A stretch of 64,000 bases of DNA, from the NCBI GenBank assembly GCA_013140985.1, contig JABFRU010000035.1:849-64848 (forward strand), in the 5' to 3' direction. The notes beneath the pieces are model-generated. The model worked only from the letters and a program-made list of their open reading frames with translations. It did not search any database and was not told the DNA's origin. Shown one piece after another: positions 36,670 through 45,073 of the stretch (its first letter is position 1; every line of letters starts with the position of its first letter). This DNA comes from Chitinophagaceae bacterium (GTDB lineage Bacteria > Bacteroidota > Bacteroidia > Chitinophagales > Chitinophagaceae). The position numbers were made by a program, and so were the translations under genes.

Positions 36670-37721
36670 TTATTTTCTTTCTTCTGCAATTTTTTGATCC
36701 GCCTGTTCATTACATAGAACCATGCAGGTGGGAACAATGACAATATCATCATCCCCGGATAACCCGTTGGCATTTGAGGAGAATCATCATGATGGCGAAG
36801 TATTTGATATTTTCTGCTGGCGAGATAATGGTGATCGCTGTGCCGACTCAATTCAAACAACATCACTCTTCCTACTACATGATCGCTGTTCCAGCTATGT
36901 TCCGGCATAGCCCTTTCATATTTTCCATCGCCGGTTGATTGTCGTTGCAGTCCATAATGCTCGATATAGTTGACTGTTTCGAGCAATAATATTCCAATAA
37001 AGGCAGCAGCTAAAAAGTATAAAGTGACAAGCCAGCCAAACACAAAAAAGATCAACGTAATCAAAGCTATTTGTATAAGGGTGAATTGCACCATTTCATT
37101 ATACAAAGAAAGAACTGGCTTTCCCTTTTTCTTTGTTTCATCATTGGCAATATGCCAGGCACTGAAATAACTGAAGATAATAGTGCGGAAATAAAAAAGA
37201 TAAACAGGTTCATTATACCGGGCACTGCTGGGATCTTCCGGAGTAGCCACTCTTTTATGATGCCCTTTATTATGCTCGGTAAAAAAATGCATGTAAAGTG
37301 AAGTAAGCAATAATGCTTTGGCCAATGTTTGCTCAAATTTATTGACCCGGTGTCCGAGTTCATGCCCAACATTAATTCCAAATACACCACAAAGCATTCC
37401 CATCACCCAAATTCTCCCGATGATCTCATGCCATTCGAGGGCGTCATTCTTCATGCCATCGAGGAAAAGGTATAAAGCAAAATACTGCGCTGCTACAACT
37501 ATGTATAATAAAATATCGTAGCCCTTATTCTTTTTGGCCAATTCTTCTTCAGCAGCACTCAGATTTTTTGGATCCGGTTTTATAAATATTTCCATTACGG
37601 GGATGATGAACCAGGCGAATAAAAGAGGCAGCCATATCACCCAGCCATGAGAGGTGAATGACCGGAGAGAGCCGATATAAATAGTAAACGGTAAAAGAAA
37701 TTTAAGGAAGTGTAGTGCCAT
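36666..37721 (-). CDS. AlkB-like integral-membrane di-iron hydroxylase (alkane 1-monooxygenase / fatty-acid desaturase family)
   Basis: 351 aa. The histidine boxes HELGHR, EHNKGHHKRVATPEDP, NYIEHYGL and LSRHSDHH are present, with multiple TM helices. Confidence 0.88.
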   Translation of the reverse strand: MALHFLKFLLPFTIYIGSLRSFTSHGWVIWLPLLFAWFIIPVMEIFIKPDPKNLSAAEEELAKKNKGYDILLYIVVAAQYFALYLFLDGMKNDALEWHEIIGRIWVMGMLCGVFGINVGHELGHRVNKFEQTLAKALLLTSLYMHFFTEHNKGHHKRVATPEDPSSARYNEPVYLFYFRTIIFSYFSAWHIANDETKKKGKPVLSLYNEMVQFTLIQIALITLIFFVFGWLVTLYFLAAAFIGILLLETVNYIEHYGLQRQSTGDGKYERAMPEHSWNSDHVVGRVMLFELSRHSDHHYLASRKYQILRHHDDSPQMPTGYPGMMILSLFPPAWFYVMNRRIKKLQKKENN

Positions 37722-38235
37722 CGGTTTTCTTTAATTCCAATTTTATTTGTGAAAGATCCATGGTTTGTTTTGCAAATAGCTCGCCAATACTAATATCACC
37801 TGTGGCTGTTTGTTTTTCATGATCCGCTTGCAGCCAATAACATCCGCAGATACTGATAGAATAATCGGTTGTTGTTTCATCTTTGCCCCGACCGGCATTG
37901 TTAAATGCAATCACATAATATTGGCCTTCGGTAAACTGAGAAAGATATGGCCGGCATAAATTTCCGGGGTCTCCCCAAACAGTTACTGTTTTTCGTTCTT
38001 CAGAACCCTTATATTTTTCAATGACCTCCACCTCCATCGACATAGGAGTTTTTTCACCATAGATATCTTTAAAAGTCAAATGGTTTGTAACTTTTATTAA
38101 TGCGACAAACGGTGTTTGGGGTGCCATTTTTAAAAAAGCTCCCTGGTAGCCGCAGCTACAAATGTTTTTTTTAGTTTGGTTTTCAGGGTTTGTGAGTAAC
38201 AAACAAAGAAGTGGGATGAAAAAGAGACGTGGCAT
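37702..38235 (-). CDS. Secreted Cys-x-Cys protein, possible TIMP/NTR-like OB fold (hypothetical)
   Basis: The ATG at 38235 gives MPRLFFIPLLCLLL.., then ..NICSCGYQGAF..FVALIKV..DIYGE..MEVEVIEKYKGSEE..NLCRPY..YYVIAF..SICGCYW. Its 3' end overlaps the alkB-like start by 20 nt. The track start at 38346 adds a non-signal extension. Confidence 0.6.
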   Translation of the reverse strand: MPRLFFIPLLCLLLTNPENQTKKNICSCGYQGAFLKMAPQTPFVALIKVTNHLTFKDIYGEKTPMSMEVEVIEKYKGSEERKTVTVWGDPGNLCRPYLSQFTEGQYYVIAFNNAGRGKDETTTDYSISICGCYWLQADHEKQTATGDISIGELFAKQTMDLSQIKLELKKTDGTTLP

Positions 38236-38374
38236 ACAAGGAATTTCTTTAAAAATACTTCCGGAGTCCAAATTTAAAAAATAAGAAGGTTGTTTTAACG
38301 TTTTACGTCTGTATTCAGGCATCCTTTTTAAACTTAGTACCTTCATTTAAGTCTGTAACAAAACGTTTAGCCTC

Positions 38375-39847
38375 ATGTCGTTGACCAATCAAATCAAAAA
38401 TCAGCACCTCATGTGGCGGGCTGGTTTTGGCCCTGCTGTCGAACAGCTCGGCGATCTCTCCAAATATTCTCCCAAACAATTTTACAAAGCACTGGTAAAA
38501 GCTTCCGACAAAAAACCGGATTATGTGAATGTGGCCGACAATTATCTTGATGGACTTTACAAAGGTCTTGAAGATGCAGGCCGGATGCAAAAAAAGGAAT
38601 TGGATAAGGATGAAAGAAAGATGGTGCAACAAAAAAACAGGGAGAGTATCCGCAACCTGAATATTTACTGGCTGCATGAAATGGTGAACAGCAGTGCACA
38701 ATTAAGAGAAAAGATGGCATTCTTCTGGCATGGTCATTTCGCCTGCCGCAATCTTAATATTTTTTACCAGCAGGGATTGCTGGATGTGATAAGAAGAAAT
38801 GCGACCGGCAATTTTGGAACCATGCTGAAAGAAGTTTCGAAAACAGCAGCTATGCTGAATTTTCTGAATAACCAGCAAAACAGGAAAGATCATCCCAATG
38901 AGAACTTTGCAAGGGAAGTGATGGAGCTTTTTACACTCGGTCGTGGAAATTATACTGAGGACGATGTAAAAGAAGCTGCAAGAGCTTTTACCGGATGGAG
39001 TGCTAATCTCAAAGGCGAATTTGTTTTCAGAAGAATGCAACATGATTTTGGCAGCAAAACCGTTTTGGGTAAAACAGGAAATTTTGATGGCGGTGAAGTG
39101 TTGGATATTTTACTGCAACAAAAACAAACTGCAAAATTCATCACACAGAAACTCTATAAATTTTTGGTGAATGAGCAGCCTGATAATGAAAAAATAGAAT
39201 GGCTGGCCGACAGGTTCTATAAAAATGAGTATGATATCTCTAAACTACTGGAAGATGTTTTTACCAGCGATTGGTTCTTTGATCAAAAAAATATTGGCTG
39301 CATAATAAAATCACCCATCGAGCTGATGGCAGGTATTCAACGGATGCTGCCGATGACATTTGAAAAAGATGAAGCTATATTATTATTACAAAGAGCATTG
39401 GGTCAGTTATTATTCTATCCGCCGAATGTGGCAGGATGGCCCGGGGGAAGAACATGGATAGACAGTTCTACATTGATGCTGCGTATGCGTATCCCTCAAA
39501 TGCTGAATGACAGGGATGATTTTAATGTAAAGCCAAAGGATGATGATGACCAGATGATGGGAAGAAAGAATGATCCTGATGAAGACCCGAAAGCCAAGGC
39601 TGCCAATTCTGTAAAAAGATTGAACCGCCCGGTAATTGTCAATATCGATTGGTCGCTTTATACAAAACATTACGAGTCCACACCGAGAGAAGGATTATTG
39701 GCAATGATCAGCAGTAATTTGTTGCAGGCTAAGAGCCAGGTAAAACCAGAATTAATAAATCAGTATGCTGATAACAGCGGAAGGGAGAATTTTATTAAGA
39801 CAGCAACGCTGCAGGTGATGAGTACGCCTGAATACCAGCTTTGCTAA
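38375..39847 (+). CDS. DUF1800 family protein
   Basis: 490 aa. HLMWRAGFGP near the N-terminus and ..FWHGHFA.., ..NENFAREVMELFTLG.. match the DUF1800 pattern. It is paired with DUF1501 as usual. Confidence 0.85.
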   Translation: MSLTNQIKNQHLMWRAGFGPAVEQLGDLSKYSPKQFYKALVKASDKKPDYVNVADNYLDGLYKGLEDAGRMQKKELDKDERKMVQQKNRESIRNLNIYWLHEMVNSSAQLREKMAFFWHGHFACRNLNIFYQQGLLDVIRRNATGNFGTMLKEVSKTAAMLNFLNNQQNRKDHPNENFAREVMELFTLGRGNYTEDDVKEAARAFTGWSANLKGEFVFRRMQHDFGSKTVLGKTGNFDGGEVLDILLQQKQTAKFITQKLYKFLVNEQPDNEKIEWLADRFYKNEYDISKLLEDVFTSDWFFDQKNIGCIIKSPIELMAGIQRMLPMTFEKDEAILLLQRALGQLLFYPPNVAGWPGGRTWIDSSTLMLRMRIPQMLNDRDDFNVKPKDDDDQMMGRKNDPDEDPKAKAANSVKRLNRPVIVNIDWSLYTKHYESTPREGLLAMISSNLLQAKSQVKPELINQYADNSGRENFIKTATLQVMSTPEYQLC

Positions 39848-39912
39848 TTTTAGATTTTAGGTTTTCGATTTTGGATTTTTCAATCGGCAACCTAAAATCA
39901 AAAATCTAAAAT
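39847..39912. repeat. AT-rich heptamer-armed hairpin filling the DUF1800 / DUF1501 spacer
   Basis: attttag attttag gttttcg attttgg (39847..39874), a loop, then inverted ctaaaat caaaaat ctaaaat (39892..39912). 39847..39858 pairs perfectly with 39901..39912. It begins in the stop codon and ends 6 nt before the next ATG. Confidence 0.9.
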
Positions 39913-39918
39913 AGTTTT

Positions 39919-41118
39919 ATGTTTATCAAACGTAAAGAATTTATACAGATCGGTTCGCTGGCAACGGCTTCGATGTTATTACCAAAATTCCTGAAAGCAT
40001 TTGAAGGAGGTGCTGTAGTTCCTCCCGGAAATAAAGTGCTGGTGATATTACAATTGAGCGGTGGTAATGACGGTTTGAATACAGTGATACCGGTTCGCAA
40101 TGATATTTATTATAAAGAAAGGCCGAAGCTGGGCATTGAAAAAACAAAAGCATTATCGATCACTGATGAAGCAGGGCTGCACCCGGCATTGACAGGTTTC
40201 AAAGAATTATATGATGACGGAAGCTTGGGCATTATCAATAATGTAGGTTATCCAAACCCTGACCGTTCGCATTTCCGCAGTATGGATATATGGCATACAG
40301 CGAGTCAAAGCAACGAATATCTGACAACAGGTTGGTTAGGCCGTTATCTCGATGCACAATGCAAAGGCTGTGATAAACCAACGCAGGCAATTGAAATAGA
40401 TGATATGCTCAGTCTTTCCATGAAAGGGGAACATATCAAAGGCATTGCCGTAAAAGATCCGCAGCGTTTATATGGAACGGCCAATGAGAAATTTTTTAAA
40501 GATGTGATGAAGAATCACAGCGCTGATGCAGGTGAGCAGCCGGTGGATTATTTATATAAAACAATGGCGGAGACACTGTCAAGTGCTGACTATATTTTCA
40601 AACAAAGCAAATTGCATCCTACAAAAGCTGAATACCCGAAGACCGATCTTGGCAACAGTATGAAGACAATTGCTTCGCTGATCTTCTCCGACATCAATAC
40701 CAAGGTGTATTATGTCTCATTGGGAAGTTTTGATACACATATCAACCAGGAAGGACAACAGCAGCGCTTGTTCACAGAAATGAATGATGCGGTAAAAGCT
40801 TTTGTAAAAGATATGAAGAGCAATAACCGTTTCAATGATGTGATGCTGATGACCTTTTCTGAATTTGGAAGAAGGGTAGCGCAAAATGCAAGCGGTGGTA
40901 CTGATCATGGTACAGCCAATAATATGTTCTTAGTGGGCGGTGGATTGAAGCAAAAAGGTTTGATCAATGAATTACCTGATCTCACCGACCTTGATGAAGG
41001 CGATCTGAAATACAAAGTGGATTTTAAAAATGTATATTCAACTGTACTGAAGAAATGGCTTGATGCGGATGACAAAGCCATTCTTGGAAAGAAATATGAT
41101 CATTTGAATTTTCTATAA
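39919..41118 (+). CDS. DUF1501 family protein (sulfatase-like fold)
   Basis: 399 aa with a Tat-like N-terminus (KRKEFIQIGSLATASMLLP). It contains GSFDTH and GGTDHGTANNMFLVGG. Confidence 0.85.
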   Translation: MFIKRKEFIQIGSLATASMLLPKFLKAFEGGAVVPPGNKVLVILQLSGGNDGLNTVIPVRNDIYYKERPKLGIEKTKALSITDEAGLHPALTGFKELYDDGSLGIINNVGYPNPDRSHFRSMDIWHTASQSNEYLTTGWLGRYLDAQCKGCDKPTQAIEIDDMLSLSMKGEHIKGIAVKDPQRLYGTANEKFFKDVMKNHSADAGEQPVDYLYKTMAETLSSADYIFKQSKLHPTKAEYPKTDLGNSMKTIASLIFSDINTKVYYVSLGSFDTHINQEGQQQRLFTEMNDAVKAFVKDMKSNNRFNDVMLMTFSEFGRRVAQNASGGTDHGTANNMFLVGGGLKQKGLINELPDLTDLDEGDLKYKVDFKNVYSTVLKKWLDADDKAILGKKYDHLNFL

Positions 41119-41130
41119 GCGTTTTCACAA

Positions 41131-41176
41131 ACACAAAGGCCACGAAACAATTAAAATCTTCGTGGCCTTTGTGTTT
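41131..41176. terminator. Bidirectional terminator between convergent genes
   Basis: acacaaaggccacgaa / 14-nt loop / ttcgtggcctttgtgt, a perfect 16-bp stem. Confidence 0.75.
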
Positions 41177-41189
41177 GATAAGAGGGTTA

Positions 41190-43250
41190 TTATTTCATTT
41201 TCTTTTTCCCTGTGGCCACTTTCCAAAGTATGAATGCCATCAAGGCAAAAAATAATGTTCCCAGTAAAAAATAACCATTTGTGCCAAGGCCCTCAGGTGC
41301 CGAGAGCTTGTGTTCCATATTTACATCTCCCAGGAATTTTTCACCACCCGATGAAGCGCCTACAAATGCAATTATTACACCGGCAATAGCGCCTCCTGCC
41401 ACTAGTCCTGTTGCAAACAGGTTTCCTTTTCCTAATTCTTCCTCCTCCGGAGTTTTATTAATATTTAATTTTTTCTCACGGCGATCAACCAATCCTTTAA
41501 CAGCGCCACCGATAAAGATCGGTAAGGTTGTAGAAAGTGGTAAGTAAGTTCCTACAGCAAAACTCAGTGACTTGATATTACAGAGCTCCATTACTATTGC
41601 CAGGAACACACCCACAAAAATAAACTGCCAGTCAAGGCTTTTTGACTGAATCCCTTTATCCAATGTTGCCACCAATGTAGCTTGTGGTGCGGGAAATTTT
41701 TCTGTACCTATCGCATTTGTAATTCCCTGCTGAACCATTTCCGCACTTGGGTTATTAAGCACTTGTATTGTTAAACCAATTACAATAGATGAAACAATTG
41801 CCCCGGCAAACAAAGCTATTTGCTGGTTCCTGGGAGTTGCACCTACCAAAAAACCGGTTTTAAGATCCTGTGATGTTGCACCTGCATTAGCAGCAGCGAT
41901 ACAGATCATGCCACCCACCACCAACACCAATGGTTCATAGGATGGCCCCGACCAACCTACACTCAGGAATATCAGGCTTGTTCCCATGATGGTAGCGATC
42001 GTCATTCCACTAATAGGATTATTAGAAGACCCGATCAGTCCGACAATTCTCGATGAAACAGTGACAAACAAAGCGCCGAATACAACAACTAATAACCCGA
42101 TCAGCAGTTTCTGAGCAATACCATCTCCGGGTACTTGTGGTAAAAGAGCTATCAATGCAATTAATCCAAGACTTCCGAATCCAACAACTTTCAGGTTAAG
42201 ATCTCTTTCTGTTCGTAACGTAGTTGCGGAACCGTCTTTTCCTTTTTTTAGTGTGGCAATACTCGACCTGATCGATTTAATGATAGTGGGAAATGTTTTT
42301 ACCAATGTGATGATACCACCTGCTGTTACTGCACCAGCGCCGATCTGTCGGATATAAGCAAAATAAATGGCTGCAGAATAATCAGCAAAAGTATGAGTGA
42401 CCGGATTCCAATTACCTTTTCCACCCGGTTTGGTTACGTCGGCAAGATATCCGAGCTTATGCAATTGTGAAGCGATGAGATCGGGATTAATGATGGTTGA
42501 AAGCAGCGGGATCAATACAAGCCAGCTTAAAACGCCACCGGCCACTAATACTCCTGCAATGCGGGGACCAATAATATATCCTACTCCCAAATATTCAGGA
42601 GTGATCTCGCCACTTACCTTAGCAGAGGGAAAAAATTTATTGACCTGTTTGGTGGCCATGTAAGGCACTTCCGCAATAAAATGAAATACTTTTTGAAAAG
42701 TGGCATATATCAATGCGACACCCAAACCCCAGAATGCTGTCTTTGCAAAATCACCACCTTTCTCACCGGCTTTTAATACATCGGCGCAGGCTGTTCCTTC
42801 AGGGTACGGCAGGTTCTCATGTTCATTTACAATTAGTGCTTTTCGAAGCGGAACCATTAATAGGGTCCCAAGCAATCCACCAACGATTGCCAGCACTAGA
42901 ATGGTGAGGTAATTAAAATATTCAGCACTGTCTTTGGAAGTAAGAAAAAGAAAACCTGGTAACGTAAAAGAGACACCTGCTGCTATACTTTCACCTGCAG
43001 AACCTGCTGTTTGAATTATATTGTTTTCAAGAATAGTTGTTTTGAAAAATCTTCTGCCCAATGTAATTGCAATAACAGCAATTGGGATGGAAGCGGATAC
43101 CGTAAGGCCTGCTTTTAATGCCAGGTAAACGGTAGCAGCGCCAAAGATTACTCCAAACAAACATCCTAATAGAATTGACTTAACTGTCAACTCTTTCATT
43201 TTTGTTTCAGGAGCTACAAAGGGTTTGAATTTTTTTAGTTCCTCAGACAT
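41190..43250 (-). CDS. OPT-family oligopeptide transporter
   Basis: 686 aa and polytopic. The N-terminus (ELTVKSILLGCLFGVIFGAATVYLALKAGLTVSASIP) is typical of bacterial OPT proteins. Confidence 0.88.
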   Translation of the reverse strand: MSEELKKFKPFVAPETKMKELTVKSILLGCLFGVIFGAATVYLALKAGLTVSASIPIAVIAITLGRRFFKTTILENNIIQTAGSAGESIAAGVSFTLPGFLFLTSKDSAEYFNYLTILVLAIVGGLLGTLLMVPLRKALIVNEHENLPYPEGTACADVLKAGEKGGDFAKTAFWGLGVALIYATFQKVFHFIAEVPYMATKQVNKFFPSAKVSGEITPEYLGVGYIIGPRIAGVLVAGGVLSWLVLIPLLSTIINPDLIASQLHKLGYLADVTKPGGKGNWNPVTHTFADYSAAIYFAYIRQIGAGAVTAGGIITLVKTFPTIIKSIRSSIATLKKGKDGSATTLRTERDLNLKVVGFGSLGLIALIALLPQVPGDGIAQKLLIGLLVVVFGALFVTVSSRIVGLIGSSNNPISGMTIATIMGTSLIFLSVGWSGPSYEPLVLVVGGMICIAAANAGATSQDLKTGFLVGATPRNQQIALFAGAIVSSIVIGLTIQVLNNPSAEMVQQGITNAIGTEKFPAPQATLVATLDKGIQSKSLDWQFIFVGVFLAIVMELCNIKSLSFAVGTYLPLSTTLPIFIGGAVKGLVDRREKKLNINKTPEEEELGKGNLFATGLVAGGAIAGVIIAFVGASSGGEKFLGDVNMEHKLSAPEGLGTNGYFLLGTLFFALMAFILWKVATGKKKMK

Positions 43251-43281
43251 AGCAGTTGGGTTTAGTAACGGAAGATAAGAA

Positions 43282-43312
43282 AAAAGCTACGAGCTGACCG
43301 CCCATAGCTTTT
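43282..43312 (-). terminator. Possible stem-loop after the first POT gene
   Basis: aaaagcta / 15-nt loop / tagctttt, with a T-rich tract following on the minus strand. Weak. Confidence 0.35.
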
Positions 43313-43342
43313 GAAACTTATAGCTTTCAATAAATATTTTTT

Positions 43343-44977
43343 TTAATTCACCCCTTTCTCTTTCATCACCCGGTTCAGCCATTTCAATAAAAGAAAAAGA
43401 AATATAGCAGCAGCGCCAAGCAAAATAAAATTCAGCCAGAAATAATTGGCCTTATTATCGTATTGATCCCATTTACTGGCGAGAATGCCGCTTAATTTAT
43501 TTCCGATAGATGTTGATAAAAACCATCCACCCATCATTAAAGAAGTAATGCGGACAGGACTGAGTTTGGACACCAACGATAACCCCATTGGGCTTAAGAA
43601 CAATTCACCAATAGTAATAACGCCATAACTGCCGATCAGCCACCATACACTTACTTTTTCAGATCCATTATTACCGGCCTTTACTGCAGCGATCATGACC
43701 AACACCGATAAGGCTGATATCAATAATCCAAATGCAATTTTTGTCGGGGTAGAAGGCTCTTTTCCCTTTCGCCGCAGCCAGGTAAAGAAAGCAACGATCA
43801 GCGGTGTTAATACAATTACCCAGAATGGATTGATTGATTGGCTCAGACTAGGAGCCCATGTTCTCAAAAGCTCTCCGTCTTTGACAGGAGTTTCTTTCAT
43901 GTCCATGTTTTTAAAATAGGAAGGGTAGTCCCATATTTTCAAATTGCCCTGCTTTCGAAATTGGGCATCAGTTAATGCAACAGAATCTTTTTTGTAAAGA
44001 GTGGTTGTGTCGCTCAATAATAATTTTGAAACAACCGTACCTGCAAAGCCTTCAACATGCCGGTCAGTATAGCGACTGGCCCAGGTGTTTAATGCAGAGC
44101 CGTTTTGTTTGAAAATGGCCCAGAATAAAATAACAACAGCAAAGATGGAAAGCATAGCACCCATGGCAGGGCGTTCATGCTTGTTGCTTCGTACCAGCAG
44201 CGCACCATAAAAAACCAGTACAGGGATACACGCAAAAATGAATGCATCGGTAGAATTGGAATCGAAAATATACCCTTTGGTACCTTTCATAAACCAGCCG
44301 ATAATTCCAAATATCAATGAAGGAAATATCACCAGGGCGAAGATCTTCCATAGCGGCAAGTCGCCGGGCTGCAGTGGTTTTCTTACATCATATTCCCGGT
44401 AATGTTTTGTGCCGATGATAAAAGTGATCACTCCAATAAACATACCTACCCCTGCTGCTCCAAAAGCGCCGGCCCATCCAAGAAGGTTCAGCAATACGGC
44501 GCCGAAAAAATTACAGACAAAGGCGCCGATATTAATACCCATGTAAAAGATATTATAGCCTTCATCTTTCTGGTGCATATGTTTTGGTGTGGAATAAACA
44601 TTACCCAGGAGAGTTGAGATATTGGGTTTGAAAAAACCATTGCCGAGAATAACCAACGTCATGGATACATAGAGCATCGTTTCGTTGTGGATACCCATCA
44701 TACAGTAACCGGCTCCCATCAACAGACCTCCTAAAATGATTGAGCGACGATAACCTAAGTAACGGTCGGCGATAAGGCCACCCAGGAAAGGAGTAAAAAA
44801 TACCAGAGCAATGAATGTTCCATAAAGACTGGCCGAATCTTTTTCATTCATGCTAAAACCGTTGACTGCATCCTTCAGGTAAAAAGTAAAGATGCCGATC
44901 ATCAGGTAATAACCGAACCTTTCCCACATTTCAGAGAAGAACAGGAAGGGTAATGCTTTGGGATGTTTCTTCCACAT
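43343..44977 (-). CDS. POT/PTR2-family di-/tripeptide:proton symporter
   Basis: 544 aa. It has the FSEMWERFGYYLM signature and GGLIADRYLG. Confidence 0.92.
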   Translation of the reverse strand: MWKKHPKALPFLFFSEMWERFGYYLMIGIFTFYLKDAVNGFSMNEKDSASLYGTFIALVFFTPFLGGLIADRYLGYRRSIILGGLLMGAGYCMMGIHNETMLYVSMTLVILGNGFFKPNISTLLGNVYSTPKHMHQKDEGYNIFYMGINIGAFVCNFFGAVLLNLLGWAGAFGAAGVGMFIGVITFIIGTKHYREYDVRKPLQPGDLPLWKIFALVIFPSLIFGIIGWFMKGTKGYIFDSNSTDAFIFACIPVLVFYGALLVRSNKHERPAMGAMLSIFAVVILFWAIFKQNGSALNTWASRYTDRHVEGFAGTVVSKLLLSDTTTLYKKDSVALTDAQFRKQGNLKIWDYPSYFKNMDMKETPVKDGELLRTWAPSLSQSINPFWVIVLTPLIVAFFTWLRRKGKEPSTPTKIAFGLLISALSVLVMIAAVKAGNNGSEKVSVWWLIGSYGVITIGELFLSPMGLSLVSKLSPVRITSLMMGGWFLSTSIGNKLSGILASKWDQYDNKANYFWLNFILLGAAAIFLFLLLKWLNRVMKEKGVN

Positions 44978-45030
44978 GGTTGAATCGTTTAAGTAGTCAA
45001 GATAATGAAACCTTTGTTAGGTAAAATAAA

Positions 45031-45054
45031 AAAGGTGGCCTGCAAGCCACCTTT
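45031..45054 (-). terminator. Intrinsic terminator after the second POT gene
   Basis: aaaggtggc ctgcaa gccaccttt, a perfect 9-bp stem, followed by a T-rich tract on the minus strand. Confidence 0.7.
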
Positions 45055-45073
45055 CTATAAACGGTTAATATGA

